DNA from: an uncultured Bdellovibrio sp.
Lineage (GTDB): Bacteria; Bdellovibrionota; Bdellovibrionia; Bdellovibrionales; Bdellovibrionaceae
NCBI GenBank assembly: GCA_963932905.1
Contig: CAWVRN010000036.1
Span: 1-32,954 of the forward strand
Direction of reading: 5' to 3'
Length of the DNA stretch: 32,954 nucleotides
Below, piece after piece: positions 17,673-27,556 of the stretch (its first letter is position 1; each line of letters starts with the position of its first letter). A model generated the notes under the pieces. It was not told the DNA's origin and did not search any database. It was given only the letters and a program-made list of their open reading frames with translations. Made by a program: the position numbers and the translations under genes.

Positions 17673-18237
17673 GCGGATGAATCGCAATTTTTAAGTCTTT
17701 GAACTTCTTTTTACTTAGTTCAATTTCCTCATCAATTTTTTCACGACGACCTTTTAATAGAAAGTAACGACCGCCTTGTTTATAGTAATTGCGACTAATA
17801 TCTAAAATCACATCGAGTGGCTTAAATGCACGTGCGGTCACTAAATCATAGTCTGTTAGGTGTGGTGGAATTTCGCCTTGAATTTTTAAATTAGGCGCGA
17901 TGGTTTGGCAGCGCTCTAAAAACTCGCGCTTCTTTGCACTTTTTTCAAAAAGAGTGAACGAAATGTTGGAAAAATGAATCGCATAAACAACGCCCGGAAT
18001 ACCACCGCCAGATCCAAAATCGGCGACATTTTTGGATTCCTTAGGAAACATTTTAAGTGGTAACAAGCCATCAATGATATGATTGTCGATTAATTCTTCG
18101 AAAGTCATCTTACGACTGATTAGGTTCAATTCTTCGTTAGATTTCCAAAGCAAATCTACATAGGCTTTAAGGGCGTCAATACCATCTCTACGAAAACCAA
18201 GTTCAAGTATTAGGGGGATTCTGGTCTCAAAATGCAT
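17623..18237 (-). CDS. rsmG: 16S rRNA m7G527 methyltransferase RsmG (GidB) family
   Basis: N..LNLIS, HIIDGL, DFGSGGGIPG, KK..FL, VTARAF and LKG motifs; ATG 18237 preferred. Confidence 0.88.
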   Translation of the reverse strand: MHFETRIPLILELGFRRDGIDALKAYVDLLWKSNEELNLISRKMTFEELIDNHIIDGLLPLKMFPKESKNVADFGSGGGIPGVVYAIHFSNISFTLFEKSAKKREFLERCQTIAPNLKIQGEIPPHLTDYDLVTARAFKPLDVILDISRNYYKQGGRYFLLKGRREKIDEEIELSKKKFKDLKIAIHPLRSPILEVERHLVMNL

Positions 18238-18362
18238 GCAAGGATAGTAACCCAATTTTAAGCGGGTCGGAAGCAAATATCTATTCGGGGTTAGGATGAT
18301 GTAAATACTGCTGAAATAACGTTCTTGTGGTGATGGCTATTCAATGCTAAAAACTTTAACCA

Positions 18363-19355
18363 ATGAATCCCACAATTCTGTATCTAGCACCTATGGAGGG
18401 TGTCACTGACTTTGTACTTCGCGACCTGCTAACTAGCCAGGGCGGAATTGATTTTTGTACCACAGAATTCCTGCGCGTAACGGACAAACTTCATCCTAAC
18501 GCAATTTTCTTACGTTACTGTCCGGAGCTATTAACAGGTTCTAAAACTCGTTCGGGTACACCCGTGTATGTCCAGCTTTTGGGTGGGCAGGCGGGGCCGC
18601 TGGCAGAGAACGCAATTCGAGCCGTTGAAATGGGCGCGGCCGGTGTAGATTTGAATTTTGGTTGTCCGGCTAAGACTGTAAATCGTCATGATGGCGGTGC
18701 GACGTTATTAAAATCATGCGATCGTATTTTTACCATTGTTAGTACGGTCAGAAAAGCGGTTCCGTCTCATATTCCAGTCACTGCGAAAATTCGTTTAGGT
18801 TTTGATGATCCCGCAGTGTGTTTGGAAAACGCGAAAGCGGTAGAAGACGCGGGTGCGAATCATTTGACGGTCCATTGTCGAACAAAAATGGATGGTTACA
18901 AGCCTCCGGCGCATTGGAATTGGATTCCTAAAATCAAAGAGCATGTGAAAACGATTCCCATTGTGGCCAATGGTGATATATTTTCTGTGAGTGATTTCAT
19001 TCGTTGTCGTCAAGAAACGGGCTGCGACCGGTTTATGATCGGACGCGGAATTATGAGTGATCCATTCCTATTTAATAAAATTCGAAGCCACCTAGCAGCC
19101 GAAGAACAGATTCAGCAGACAGCGACTGAATCTTTAGCTCGTGAAATTCAAAATGAATGGCGTGTATCTTCGGAAGTGATGCAGACATTTTTTGATCGTT
19201 CGACAGATTATATTAATGGCCACTTTGCGACCGCTAGAACTAAGCAATGGTTAAAGGGACTGGCACTACGGTCAAATGAAGCCAAAGTTTTGTTTAATGA
19301 AATCAAAGTGATTAAAAATCCAGACGACTTCCGTGAGCGTTTGATTCAGTTTTAG
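18363..19355 (+). CDS. dusC: tRNA-dihydrouridine synthase (DusC-like)
   Basis: LAPMEGVTD, TEFLRVTD, QLLG, DLNFGCPAKTVN, KIRLG, VHCRT..GYKPPA and ANGDI motifs. Confidence 0.88.
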   Translation: MNPTILYLAPMEGVTDFVLRDLLTSQGGIDFCTTEFLRVTDKLHPNAIFLRYCPELLTGSKTRSGTPVYVQLLGGQAGPLAENAIRAVEMGAAGVDLNFGCPAKTVNRHDGGATLLKSCDRIFTIVSTVRKAVPSHIPVTAKIRLGFDDPAVCLENAKAVEDAGANHLTVHCRTKMDGYKPPAHWNWIPKIKEHVKTIPIVANGDIFSVSDFIRCRQETGCDRFMIGRGIMSDPFLFNKIRSHLAAEEQIQQTATESLAREIQNEWRVSSEVMQTFFDRSTDYINGHFATARTKQWLKGLALRSNEAKVLFNEIKVIKNPDDFRERLIQF

Positions 19356-19361
19356 CTTTAT

Positions 19362-20075
19362 CTATTTTAGACCGCGACACAGCTCGCGATTAAATTTCAA
19401 TTTTTTAGCTATGGGTAGCAGGGAATCAGCATCCGCCGGAGGATAGCCCTCTTTGATATCGGTTTCGCTCATATCGGCTTGTTCATCAAACGGCTTGATT
19501 AGATTCAAACAGTCATCTTTTTTATTCAAATTTTTGTACGTGACGGCAAGATCATTAACGACGTCGAGTTCTTCAAAGATCGACATATATTTTTTGCAGC
19601 TATCATACACTTTACGTAAAGTTTTTTCAGCTAAATCATATGTTTTTTTGGAATAGTACGTTTTAAAAAGTTTTAGGTTTTTATTTTTATTTTTACCAAG
19701 GCAAATATCATCTATTTTGTAATACTCTTGGTCGATCGTAGCCCGGGCACCACACATACCTTGGCACCCGTCAGTAGTGCTGACTTGAATTAAATCCGAC
19801 TTCGGGGTGAACGTGATTTTGCAAGGAGTGTCTTGACCCATATCCTCTTGGGTATTGGTGTTGTTTTCAGAAATGCCTTCGGCAAAACAGGAATGCCCGT
19901 TGGCTCCGTACCCATTAATTTTAAAGTATTGGCCTTTCTTACGAGCCGTGATCAACAGATGGCCGCGACCTCTTTCAGCTAGGTATTCCCCGGGGGCCAT
20001 CGTAGTCGTATCGGCCTTTGAAAACAGGGTGAACAACAGTGTAATTAATGGAAGGGTGATTGAAAGTGATTTCAT
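19362..20075 (-). CDS. Secreted Cys-rich hypothetical protein
   Basis: Signal peptide, SD AGGAG, 8 Cys, helical TPR-like C-terminal half. Confidence 0.75.
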   Translation of the reverse strand: MKSLSITLPLITLLFTLFSKADTTTMAPGEYLAERGRGHLLITARKKGQYFKINGYGANGHSCFAEGISENNTNTQEDMGQDTPCKITFTPKSDLIQVSTTDGCQGMCGARATIDQEYYKIDDICLGKNKNKNLKLFKTYYSKKTYDLAEKTLRKVYDSCKKYMSIFEELDVVNDLAVTYKNLNKKDDCLNLIKPFDEQADMSETDIKEGYPPADADSLLPIAKKLKFNRELCRGLK

Positions 20076-20198
20076 AACGGCTCCTGCCTAAGCTGTGCTC
20101 TTATTGGAGCATAATTTCTTGTCGATGGTCACTATAATCTTTTCATCGTGGAAGTTGGTTGTATGGAGATAGCTGGACCTGCTATATACTGCAGGAAC

Positions 20199-21626
20199 AT
20201 GACAACAAATTCTACTTCAAATATTCTATTCACGGACCTTGCCCTTGATGCCGCTCTTCTAAAAGCGATCGAAGCCACAGGGTACACAAAACCAACCCCA
20301 ATCCAGGAACAATCGATCCCGCAAGTATTGCTTGGAAAAGATATCTTAGGTGCCGCTCAAACGGGAACGGGCAAAACAGCAGCCTTTGCACTGCCGATCC
20401 TAAATCACATTATTAAAAACAAAGTTCAACTAAAGCCAAAACACACACGTGTGTTAGTTATCAGTCCAACACGTGAACTGACGGTTCAAATTCACGATAG
20501 CTTTAAAGTTTATGGTAAATTCACTCAGTTTAAATCCGCTGTTGTATTTGGTGGTGTGGGACAAGAACAACAAGTGCGCGCGTTATCACAAGGTGTGGAT
20601 GTGCTGGTGGCGACTCCTGGTCGTTTGCTTGATTTAATTCAACAACGTCACATCGTTTTAAACGGTCTAGAAATCTTTGTGCTGGATGAAGCCGATCGTA
20701 TGTTAGATATGGGTTTTTTGCCGGATGTTCGTAAAGTCGTTAAATTATTGCCGCCAAAACGTCAGAACTTGTTTTTCTCGGCAACGATGCCAACCGAAAT
20801 TCGCGGTCTAGCGGATTCTTTATTAACAGATCCTGTTCACGTGAAAGTCACTCCAGTCGCATCGACGGTTGATAAAATTCAGCAATCTGTCATGTTTGTT
20901 GATAAAGCTCGTAAGAAAGATTTGTTGCTGGACCTGTTCCGCAAAAACAAATCACTTAAAAAAGTTATTATTTTCACGCGCACGAAACATGGTGCCAATC
21001 GCCTAGCAGAAACGCTAGCAAAAAATGCGATTCCGTCGCAAGCGATTCATGGCAATAAATCTCAGAATGCTCGTCAGCAAGCTTTAGAAAATCTGCGTAC
21101 AGGGCGCAATCAAGTGCTAGTAGCGACGGATATCGTGGCTCGTGGTATTGATATAGATGAAATTTCACACGTAATTAATTACGAATTGCCAAACGATCCA
21201 GAAAGCTATGTACACCGTATCGGTCGTACGGCACGAGCTGGCCATTCTGGTATTGCGATTTCTTTTTGTGATCATGAAGAAAAATCGTACCTACGTGATA
21301 TCGAAAAATTAATCAAAATTGAAATCACTCGCGATCGTGAAAGCACGTTTCATTCGGATTCTGCGGAAAATGCGCGAATGATGTCGTCTGGTAAAGCTAA
21401 AGCGATGATCGAAGGTCGCGAACGTTCAGGTGGTGGCGGTCGTAACTTCCGTCCTAAATTTGGCCAACGTTCCAACGGAGGCGGCAACGGCGCTAATAAG
21501 CCTCGTTTTGGCGGCGATAATCGCAAACCTAAACAAGATGGGCAAACGGCTCAAGGGCAACAGCAGCAACCAGCTCGTCATAAGAGCGGTTTTAAAAATA
21601 ATAACGTTCAACATAAAGAATGGTAG
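20199..21626 (+). CDS. rhlE: DEAD-box RNA helicase (RhlE-like)
   Basis: AQTGTGKT, PTREL, TPGRLLD, DEAD, SAT, HGNKSQNAR and HRIGRTAR motifs; G/R/N-rich tail; ATG 20199 preferred. Confidence 0.92.
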   Translation: MTTNSTSNILFTDLALDAALLKAIEATGYTKPTPIQEQSIPQVLLGKDILGAAQTGTGKTAAFALPILNHIIKNKVQLKPKHTRVLVISPTRELTVQIHDSFKVYGKFTQFKSAVVFGGVGQEQQVRALSQGVDVLVATPGRLLDLIQQRHIVLNGLEIFVLDEADRMLDMGFLPDVRKVVKLLPPKRQNLFFSATMPTEIRGLADSLLTDPVHVKVTPVASTVDKIQQSVMFVDKARKKDLLLDLFRKNKSLKKVIIFTRTKHGANRLAETLAKNAIPSQAIHGNKSQNARQQALENLRTGRNQVLVATDIVARGIDIDEISHVINYELPNDPESYVHRIGRTARAGHSGIAISFCDHEEKSYLRDIEKLIKIEITRDRESTFHSDSAENARMMSSGKAKAMIEGRERSGGGGRNFRPKFGQRSNGGGNGANKPRFGGDNRKPKQDGQTAQGQQQQPARHKSGFKNNNVQHKEW

Positions 21627-21647
21627 TCCTCCTTGATTAGGGGAGGA
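21627..21647. terminator. Stem-loop between convergent genes
   Basis: TCCTCCTT-gatta-GGGGAGGA. Confidence 0.5.
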
Positions 21648-21653
21648 TTCTGG

Positions 21654-22175
21654 CTATTTGATTTCCAGTTTCGTTTTCTTAGATTTAATCTCGGCTTTTA
21701 ATTGTAGCTCTTCGGCAAGTACGGTGGCATCGATATCTTTTAGTTTCTTCAACCCCGTAAAATCAAATGTCAGTGCCGTTCCGTTCACTGGTTTAATACA
21801 AGATAAAGTAAATTTCGCGATGAAATCAGCATGCGATCCATCGGCTACCATATCGATCGATTTTTTTTCTATCTTGCAACCAAGGCTAGAATCAAACTGA
21901 ACATAGGTAGTGATTTTGGATTCGAAATCATTGATAGCCTTAGTAACTTTGTTTTTATCACTGTCCGATTTTGCCACATGTTCAAAACCGACGACACTTT
22001 CGGCCGGGGATTTAAATTCTATTTGTCCATTTAATCCATCAAAGGCAATCGATAAATCGGCATGACCATGGCTGTGAGCGCCGTGTTCGCGATGCTGATG
22101 TTTTTCCTTTGCAAGTGTATTTGTCGACGTTATGGCTAGCGATATAAAAATTATATTTGCGATAGTTGATTTCAT
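21654..22175 (-). CDS. DUF2796/ZrgA-like periplasmic zinc-binding protein
   Basis: Signal peptide; HREHGAHSHG, SPA..VVGFEH and H.DF.A.F...C motifs. Confidence 0.85.
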   Translation of the reverse strand: MKSTIANIIFISLAITSTNTLAKEKHQHREHGAHSHGHADLSIAFDGLNGQIEFKSPAESVVGFEHVAKSDSDKNKVTKAINDFESKITTYVQFDSSLGCKIEKKSIDMVADGSHADFIAKFTLSCIKPVNGTALTFDFTGLKKLKDIDATVLAEELQLKAEIKSKKTKLEIK

Positions 22176-22192
22176 AAATCCCCAAGTCTGAA

Positions 22193-22648
22193 TTAGTGGT
22201 GATGGTTCGTTTCAGGAAGAACTACGTTAAAACTACGAGTTTCTTTAACACCGTGTTTATCAGTTAGACTAATTTGTACTTCCCAAGTGCCGCCCATCAC
22301 GAAATAGATATTTCTAACTGCGTAGCGCCCTTTAACTACGTCACCGTTAGCATCCACAACGCGGCTAATGGAGGTTGGTGCTGAACCGTGCCCCATGTCA
22401 GGCATCCATAGAACGACTTCTACCGTTTCATCAGCTAGTTCAACCGCAGAATGATCCTCGCCACTACGAGTATTTAATTTTAAAAACGATTCTGTTCCCA
22501 CAGCAGGTTGGGCCGTAAATTCGGTGTGAACATGAACCGTTTTGTTTTTAAATTCCAAATGCGCTTTGAGGCTGTTTTGAGCTGAGTGCTCGGTGTGGGC
22601 CCAAGAGGCGGCTGCGATAAACACAAGTGAAAGAAGATATTTCATCAT
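22193..22648 (-). CDS. YtkA-like (FixH-like) secreted protein
   Basis: WMPDMGHGS and YFVMGGTW motifs; His-rich termini (HTEH, HHH). Confidence 0.8.
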   Translation of the reverse strand: MMKYLLSLVFIAAASWAHTEHSAQNSLKAHLEFKNKTVHVHTEFTAQPAVGTESFLKLNTRSGEDHSAVELADETVEVVLWMPDMGHGSAPTSISRVVDANGDVVKGRYAVRNIYFVMGGTWEVQISLTDKHGVKETRSFNVVLPETNHHH

Positions 22649-22659
22649 AAGTCGATCCT

Positions 22660-23628
22660 TTATTTTAACATTATTTGTGCGCGGTTCATGACTAGTTTTA
22701 TTCTTTTATAGTAACTGCCTTCGCCCGGTCCAGGCATTTTCGAAAAGCAGGTATAATAGTATTTATCATCCATCATGGCTTTGTCCTTGGGTGAACCTTC
22801 CAATGGGAACTTAAATACGCGTGCAATGGGTTGAGCTTTTTTAGCCGATAGAACGGAACTAACTGTGTATCTCCATAATGGCATACCGTAGAAACTGAGT
22901 ACTAATGAATCTTGATCAGCGGTGATGCTGTCTAAACCGGGCGGTAGATCACCAATTTCGCGAACCACCGTTTCCGTTTGCATATCAATAACTACGATGC
23001 CACGGAACGGAACTTTTTGATGAGCGCTAACCAGTGTATAGCTGTCTAGAACAACGAACGCATACTGACCAACAACAGCGACACCCTTCGCCATCGATTC
23101 CAAGTTGCCTTGAGAAATCAAAGGGACTGTTTTAGTGACGCGTTTTAAATTCAAATCAAAGATCGAAACCCCTAAGCGGCCGTGAGCTACGATCAATTTG
23201 TTTTGGTAAAGAGCCATCGCTTGGGCGTGTTCTTCGTCGGCGTAACGGTTGTCTGAAGTGTTAGTTTGATAAATGCCTTGGCGTTGACGATTCGCGATGT
23301 TCCATTCCTCAAGACCGCTATATGTTAATACATAAGTTTTGTTTTGGTGAGTCACAAGATCAATCGCCGCATCGTCCGTCATGACTTGGCTTTCTTTTAA
23401 AGTCGCGATGTCTATAAAGCGTAAAACAGACGCCTGTGGTTTGCGGTTAATTTGTGAGCCTGTATAATAAGAGCCAAAACCCGTGTAAACGTATTGATTA
23501 TCTGCGCGCAAAAAATTCCCGCAACCAGAAATGTGTTCGACCGCCTGTTTCAGAGCTTCGGAATTTGGGGCCGCAAAAGCAAAAGATGTACACAGAGCAA
23601 ATACTATAGAAATTGAAAAAGGTTTCAT
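22660..23628 (-). CDS. Secreted beta-propeller-like protein (LVIVD-like repeats)
   Basis: Signal peptide; repeated blade-like units (LIVAHGRLGVSIFDL, YAFVVLD, GIVVID). Confidence 0.65.
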   Translation of the reverse strand: MKPFSISIVFALCTSFAFAAPNSEALKQAVEHISGCGNFLRADNQYVYTGFGSYYTGSQINRKPQASVLRFIDIATLKESQVMTDDAAIDLVTHQNKTYVLTYSGLEEWNIANRQRQGIYQTNTSDNRYADEEHAQAMALYQNKLIVAHGRLGVSIFDLNLKRVTKTVPLISQGNLESMAKGVAVVGQYAFVVLDSYTLVSAHQKVPFRGIVVIDMQTETVVREIGDLPPGLDSITADQDSLVLSFYGMPLWRYTVSSVLSAKKAQPIARVFKFPLEGSPKDKAMMDDKYYYTCFSKMPGPGEGSYYKRIKLVMNRAQIMLK

Positions 23629-23716
23629 ATGGTTTCCTTTAATATGGGCTCTGTCGTACCAAAAAAAATTAAAGAAGGCACTCCACTTTTATGAAATAGT
23701 GAGTTAGAAATACGTC

Positions 23717-24277
23717 ATGGGAAACATAGTATTATTTTCGATGGTTGTGTGGAGTTTTTCTTCGTTTTCTGCTGCAAATTTGAGCATAATAGATGGGGCA
23801 GATGTAATGGCTAAGGTGCCGATTCATCAAACGGCAGAAGGTAAAAAAGGTATTGTGATAGTGTTTCTATCCGCGAAATGCCCGTGTTCAGATAGCCACA
23901 TCGTGGAAATGAAAAGTCTGAATAAAGATTTTCCTGATTTTGCGTTTGTCGCAGTTAATTCAAACTCAGATGAAACTAACGAGGAAGCGCAAGAGTACTT
24001 TAAACGGAGCGGTTTAGAATTTCCCGTCATCAAAGATAAAAATCTAGAATTAGCCGATCGTTATAAAGCATTTAAAACACCGCATGCATTCGTGATGAAC
24101 AATGAAGGCAAAATTCTATATCAAGGCGGCGTATCTAGTAGTCGACAATTTGCTATGGCTGATAAAAAATATTTACGCGAAGCTTTGACTAATATCCACG
24201 ATGGTAAACCGGTCGTGATGGAAGAAGGTCGAACGCTCGGCTGCGTGATTTCACGTGGAGAAAAAAATGTTTGGTAA
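23717..24277 (+). CDS. Exported redoxin/thioredoxin-fold (AhpC/TSA-like) protein
   Basis: VIVFLSAKCPCS, FVAVNSN, FPVIKD, TPHAFV, LY.G and terminal GC motifs. Confidence 0.88.
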   Translation: MGNIVLFSMVVWSFSSFSAANLSIIDGADVMAKVPIHQTAEGKKGIVIVFLSAKCPCSDSHIVEMKSLNKDFPDFAFVAVNSNSDETNEEAQEYFKRSGLEFPVIKDKNLELADRYKAFKTPHAFVMNNEGKILYQGGVSSSRQFAMADKKYLREALTNIHDGKPVVMEEGRTLGCVISRGEKNVW

Positions 24278-24746
24278 ATTTGGTTTTGTTTTGTTGTTGG
24301 GGCTTCAACTGGTCAGTTGTGCCAAGCCCAAATATGTTCAAGATGAATCGATCGCGAATCAAAATAAAATCGCACAAGAAGAAAATAAAGTCGATTGCTC
24401 CATTTTGTTTTCAGAATCTAAATATTGTTTGTCTTGGTTTTGGGAAACAAAACCGACGGCGTCTCAGCCAGGCAGTTTGATTTTTAAAATATTTCGTCAA
24501 AATCAATTCGATCAAACGCCAGTTGAGCTGGATATGGCGCAAGTTCCTGAAGTGATTTTGTGGATGCCGGGAATGGGGCATGGATCGTCGCCAACGCAAA
24601 CAACTCGTTTAGACGTCGGAACGTATCGAGCTAGTAAAGTATTTTTCATTATGCCAGGTGAATGGGAAATTCGTTTTTCTGTTAAAGAAAATGGGCAACC
24701 CAATAGTAAACCAATAGATGGAGCAGTTGTTGCGATTACTATTTAA
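24267..24746 (+). CDS. YtkA-like lipoprotein
   Basis: Lipobox LVSC; WMPGMGHGS and FFIMPGEW motifs; ATG 24267 preceded by GGAG. Confidence 0.8.
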   Translation: MFGKFGFVLLLGLQLVSCAKPKYVQDESIANQNKIAQEENKVDCSILFSESKYCLSWFWETKPTASQPGSLIFKIFRQNQFDQTPVELDMAQVPEVILWMPGMGHGSSPTQTTRLDVGTYRASKVFFIMPGEWEIRFSVKENGQPNSKPIDGAVVAITI

Positions 24747-25629
24747 TCTGTTTCTACTGTTAGTATTTCGTGAAGCGGCCTTTTCAGCCGCTTGTTGTGG
24801 TGGCGGGATGTCGGTGCCGACGATAATCATTGGCGATGACCGAGCACAACTTTCTGCTTCGTATGGTCGCATGGATGTTTCCGTCGACAATGTGGATAGT
24901 CAGGGTGTCTGGCGTCGCTGGGAACAACATCAAAATGTTCAAACTTTAAAATTAGAAGGCGCGCATATTATCGGTGACCGCTGGCAAGCCGGTGTTTCGT
25001 TGCCGGTGGTTAATCGTAAATACGGCAGCGATAGCTATTCAGGATTAGGTGATATAGCTACCTCACTGAGCTATGAATATCTTTCAGATTGGAATTACAA
25101 TCCGTATCGTCCCAAAGGAATTGGTTTTATTCAAGGCATCGTTCCCACGGGTAAGTCACGTGCTGATTCCGAAGTGGGTGGCCTGGATTCGCGAGGCAAT
25201 GGATTTTGGGCCATAGGTGCTGGTACAATGCTGACTAAGTCATGGTCTTTGTTTGATGTGTTTGTAATGCTAGAATGGCATCGCTCGTTTGAAAAAAATG
25301 TGGCGACATCGACGGTGCAAGGTAAGGTCGTTCCAGGACGAGGATCTAATTTAGGTTTTGGATTAGGCTATAACTGGGCAATGTATCGCGCGGGGTTTAG
25401 TTTAACACGGACACAAGAAGATCCTATTGAAACTCAGTTTAATGCCGGTGGTAGTAGTTGGCAAGGACAAGAACGCTGGGATACCATGGGTTTATCTTTT
25501 AGTTATTTGCAAGGTGAAGAATGGTCATGGACTGTCAGTTATAGCGATCAAACTGTTTTCGGCGATCCGTTAAATACAAGTCTTGGAAAAAGTTTGGGAA
25601 TTCAACTGCAGCATCGCTGGGCTCGTTAA
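24718..25629 (+). CDS. Putative outer-membrane beta-barrel with N-terminal CC motif
   Basis: Signal peptide followed by AACCGGG; amphipathic beta strands; SGLGD and PTG patterns recall COG4313 (MetA-pathway) barrels. The true start may be TTG 24727 or 24730. Confidence 0.65.
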   Translation: MEQLLRLLFNLFLLLVFREAAFSAACCGGGMSVPTIIIGDDRAQLSASYGRMDVSVDNVDSQGVWRRWEQHQNVQTLKLEGAHIIGDRWQAGVSLPVVNRKYGSDSYSGLGDIATSLSYEYLSDWNYNPYRPKGIGFIQGIVPTGKSRADSEVGGLDSRGNGFWAIGAGTMLTKSWSLFDVFVMLEWHRSFEKNVATSTVQGKVVPGRGSNLGFGLGYNWAMYRAGFSLTRTQEDPIETQFNAGGSSWQGQERWDTMGLSFSYLQGEEWSWTVSYSDQTVFGDPLNTSLGKSLGIQLQHRWAR

Positions 25630-25798
25630 TAAGATATCAACTAAAAATCACATCTGATACTATCAAATACACATCAACGAAAAATGACCAGAATCGATTT
25701 TATAGACGAATTATCGTCCCGTATTTGGATTTCTTGATTTCCGTCTCATTGTGAGACTTTTGGTCAAGTTTAATTAAAAATTTACCGAAGAAAAATAT

Positions 25799-26776
25799 AT
25801 GAAAAATATATTCTTTTTGCCGATTATCTTTTTCCTGATTCAAGGCTGCACGCGGGCGGCGAACACAGACTCGTCTAGAATTCAAATTCAGCTACCGTCG
25901 GAGTCGACATTGAGTTCAAAAGCTTTGGGCAGTATTTCGGTGGCGGAACCTGAAACTTTGGACCAAATAAATTGCTATGGAGTCTTTGTTGGTGGACCTG
26001 ACGAGAGTTTGCGACGCAATGTTTGTACTTTGGGTACAAAAAGTGAATCGCCATCACTGCGTTCAGGTGGTGTCGTGTTCTTTGGTGACTGGATGGCCGC
26101 TGTACCCGCAGGTAAAAAATTTGAAATGGAGGTTCCGTCTGGTGTTGATCGCGTAATCCATTTAGTTGGTTTCAAAACGGATTCAGCAGATGACTGTAAT
26201 GATTTTAAAATAAACGGCGTTCCTAGCGAAGATAAAATGAGCAGCGCTTATTTGTTGGGCTCTGTAGGCAGACTAAATCTGAAACCAGATGAAACTGTAA
26301 CTGTCCCTGTGGCTATGAAATTAGATAGCGGTAAAACCATCACTGGGTGCATTGGTCCTGATGCCCCCAAAGGCAAAAACGATGATAGTGGTGGCAGCTA
26401 TATCCCATATTTAAGATTTGAAGGTATCGGGTCCTACAATGCCGATCTTAAAGTAGACGAAGCTGTGGTATACACGTGTTACGCCTTTCAACCGAGTTTA
26501 TATATAGGGCAAGGCATCGCGTGGACCGATCGAGATCGCACCGGTGATATACATATCGACGTCACGGCATTGTCAGGTCTTGGGCAATTTTATTCCGGGT
26601 CAGGGTGCACAAACCAGACGGTTGATCTTGTAATTCCTGTTGGGCAAAACAAATCGGCGGTGACTTATTATTTTAAATCTAATGTTTCAGTTACCGGTAA
26701 TTTGGCGCCCGTAGTGTTTACAGGAAATACGAAAGAAATCACCGGAGCTCAGCAAACGATCAAAGTTCGATATTAA
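25799..26776 (+). CDS. Hypothetical beta-rich lipoprotein
   Basis: Lipobox IQGC, several further Cys, 325 aa. Confidence 0.75.
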   Translation: MKNIFFLPIIFFLIQGCTRAANTDSSRIQIQLPSESTLSSKALGSISVAEPETLDQINCYGVFVGGPDESLRRNVCTLGTKSESPSLRSGGVVFFGDWMAAVPAGKKFEMEVPSGVDRVIHLVGFKTDSADDCNDFKINGVPSEDKMSSAYLLGSVGRLNLKPDETVTVPVAMKLDSGKTITGCIGPDAPKGKNDDSGGSYIPYLRFEGIGSYNADLKVDEAVVYTCYAFQPSLYIGQGIAWTDRDRTGDIHIDVTALSGLGQFYSGSGCTNQTVDLVIPVGQNKSAVTYYFKSNVSVTGNLAPVVFTGNTKEITGAQQTIKVRY

Positions 26777-26891
26777 AATCTGCGCGTAAATGAAAACTCG
26801 ATGAAATCCTGGTATAATCGTCGTTTTGTTACACTGAACTTGTCAAATAATCCTTGGCTAACGTTTTTCTTTATTAGATGATATTTCGCAT

Positions 26892-27539
26892 ATGATGCAT
26901 TTACTTGATATAATACTGCACCTTGATGTGCACGTGGCGGAATGGATTCAGATGTTTGGTCCTTGGATCTACGTACTGATGTTTTTGATTATTTTCGCAG
27001 AAACCGGTCTTGTTGTGACTCCGATACTACCTGGTGATTCTCTGTTGTTTGCCTTAGGGGCTTTTACCGTTATCGATGGCGGACTAGATTTATGGATTCT
27101 GTTAACTACATTATCTGTTGCCGGGATATTGGGTGACGCCGTCAATTACCATGTTGGTAAATACATGGGACCAAAAGTCTTTGAGCGCGATTCTAAAATT
27201 TTCAAACGTGAGTATTTAGAACAAACTCAAGCTTTCTATGACAAGTGGGGACCGTTTACGATCGTAGCGGCGCGGTTTGCTCCAATAGTTCGTACCTTTG
27301 CTCCGTTTGTGGCAGGTATTGGAAGTATGAACTACCGTAAATTTTTCGTATTTAATGTTATTGGCGGAATTTTGTGGGTGTTTACGTTTATCTTAGCGGG
27401 GCACTTCTTTGGCAATATGCCAGCCGTAAAACGTAATTTTCATATTGTGATTTTTGGTGTGATTGGAGTGTCTTTGATTCCTATAATCTGGCCATGGATC
27501 TCTAGCAAAATTAGTAAAAAAACAACACTGTCTAACTGA
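26892..27539 (+). CDS. dedA: DedA family membrane protein
   Basis: FAETGLVVTP.LPGDSLLF, GD.VNY and ARF.PIVRTFAPFVAG motifs. Confidence 0.95.
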   Translation: MMHLLDIILHLDVHVAEWIQMFGPWIYVLMFLIIFAETGLVVTPILPGDSLLFALGAFTVIDGGLDLWILLTTLSVAGILGDAVNYHVGKYMGPKVFERDSKIFKREYLEQTQAFYDKWGPFTIVAARFAPIVRTFAPFVAGIGSMNYRKFFVFNVIGGILWVFTFILAGHFFGNMPAVKRNFHIVIFGVIGVSLIPIIWPWISSKISKKTTLSN

Positions 27540-27556
27540 TTTAAAAGGAGTTAAAG

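Noticed and set aside
23689..23704. Imperfect palindrome in the metal-cluster divergent gap as a Zur/Fur/CsoR box
   Set aside because: Weak symmetry and no convincing match to a consensus I can support.
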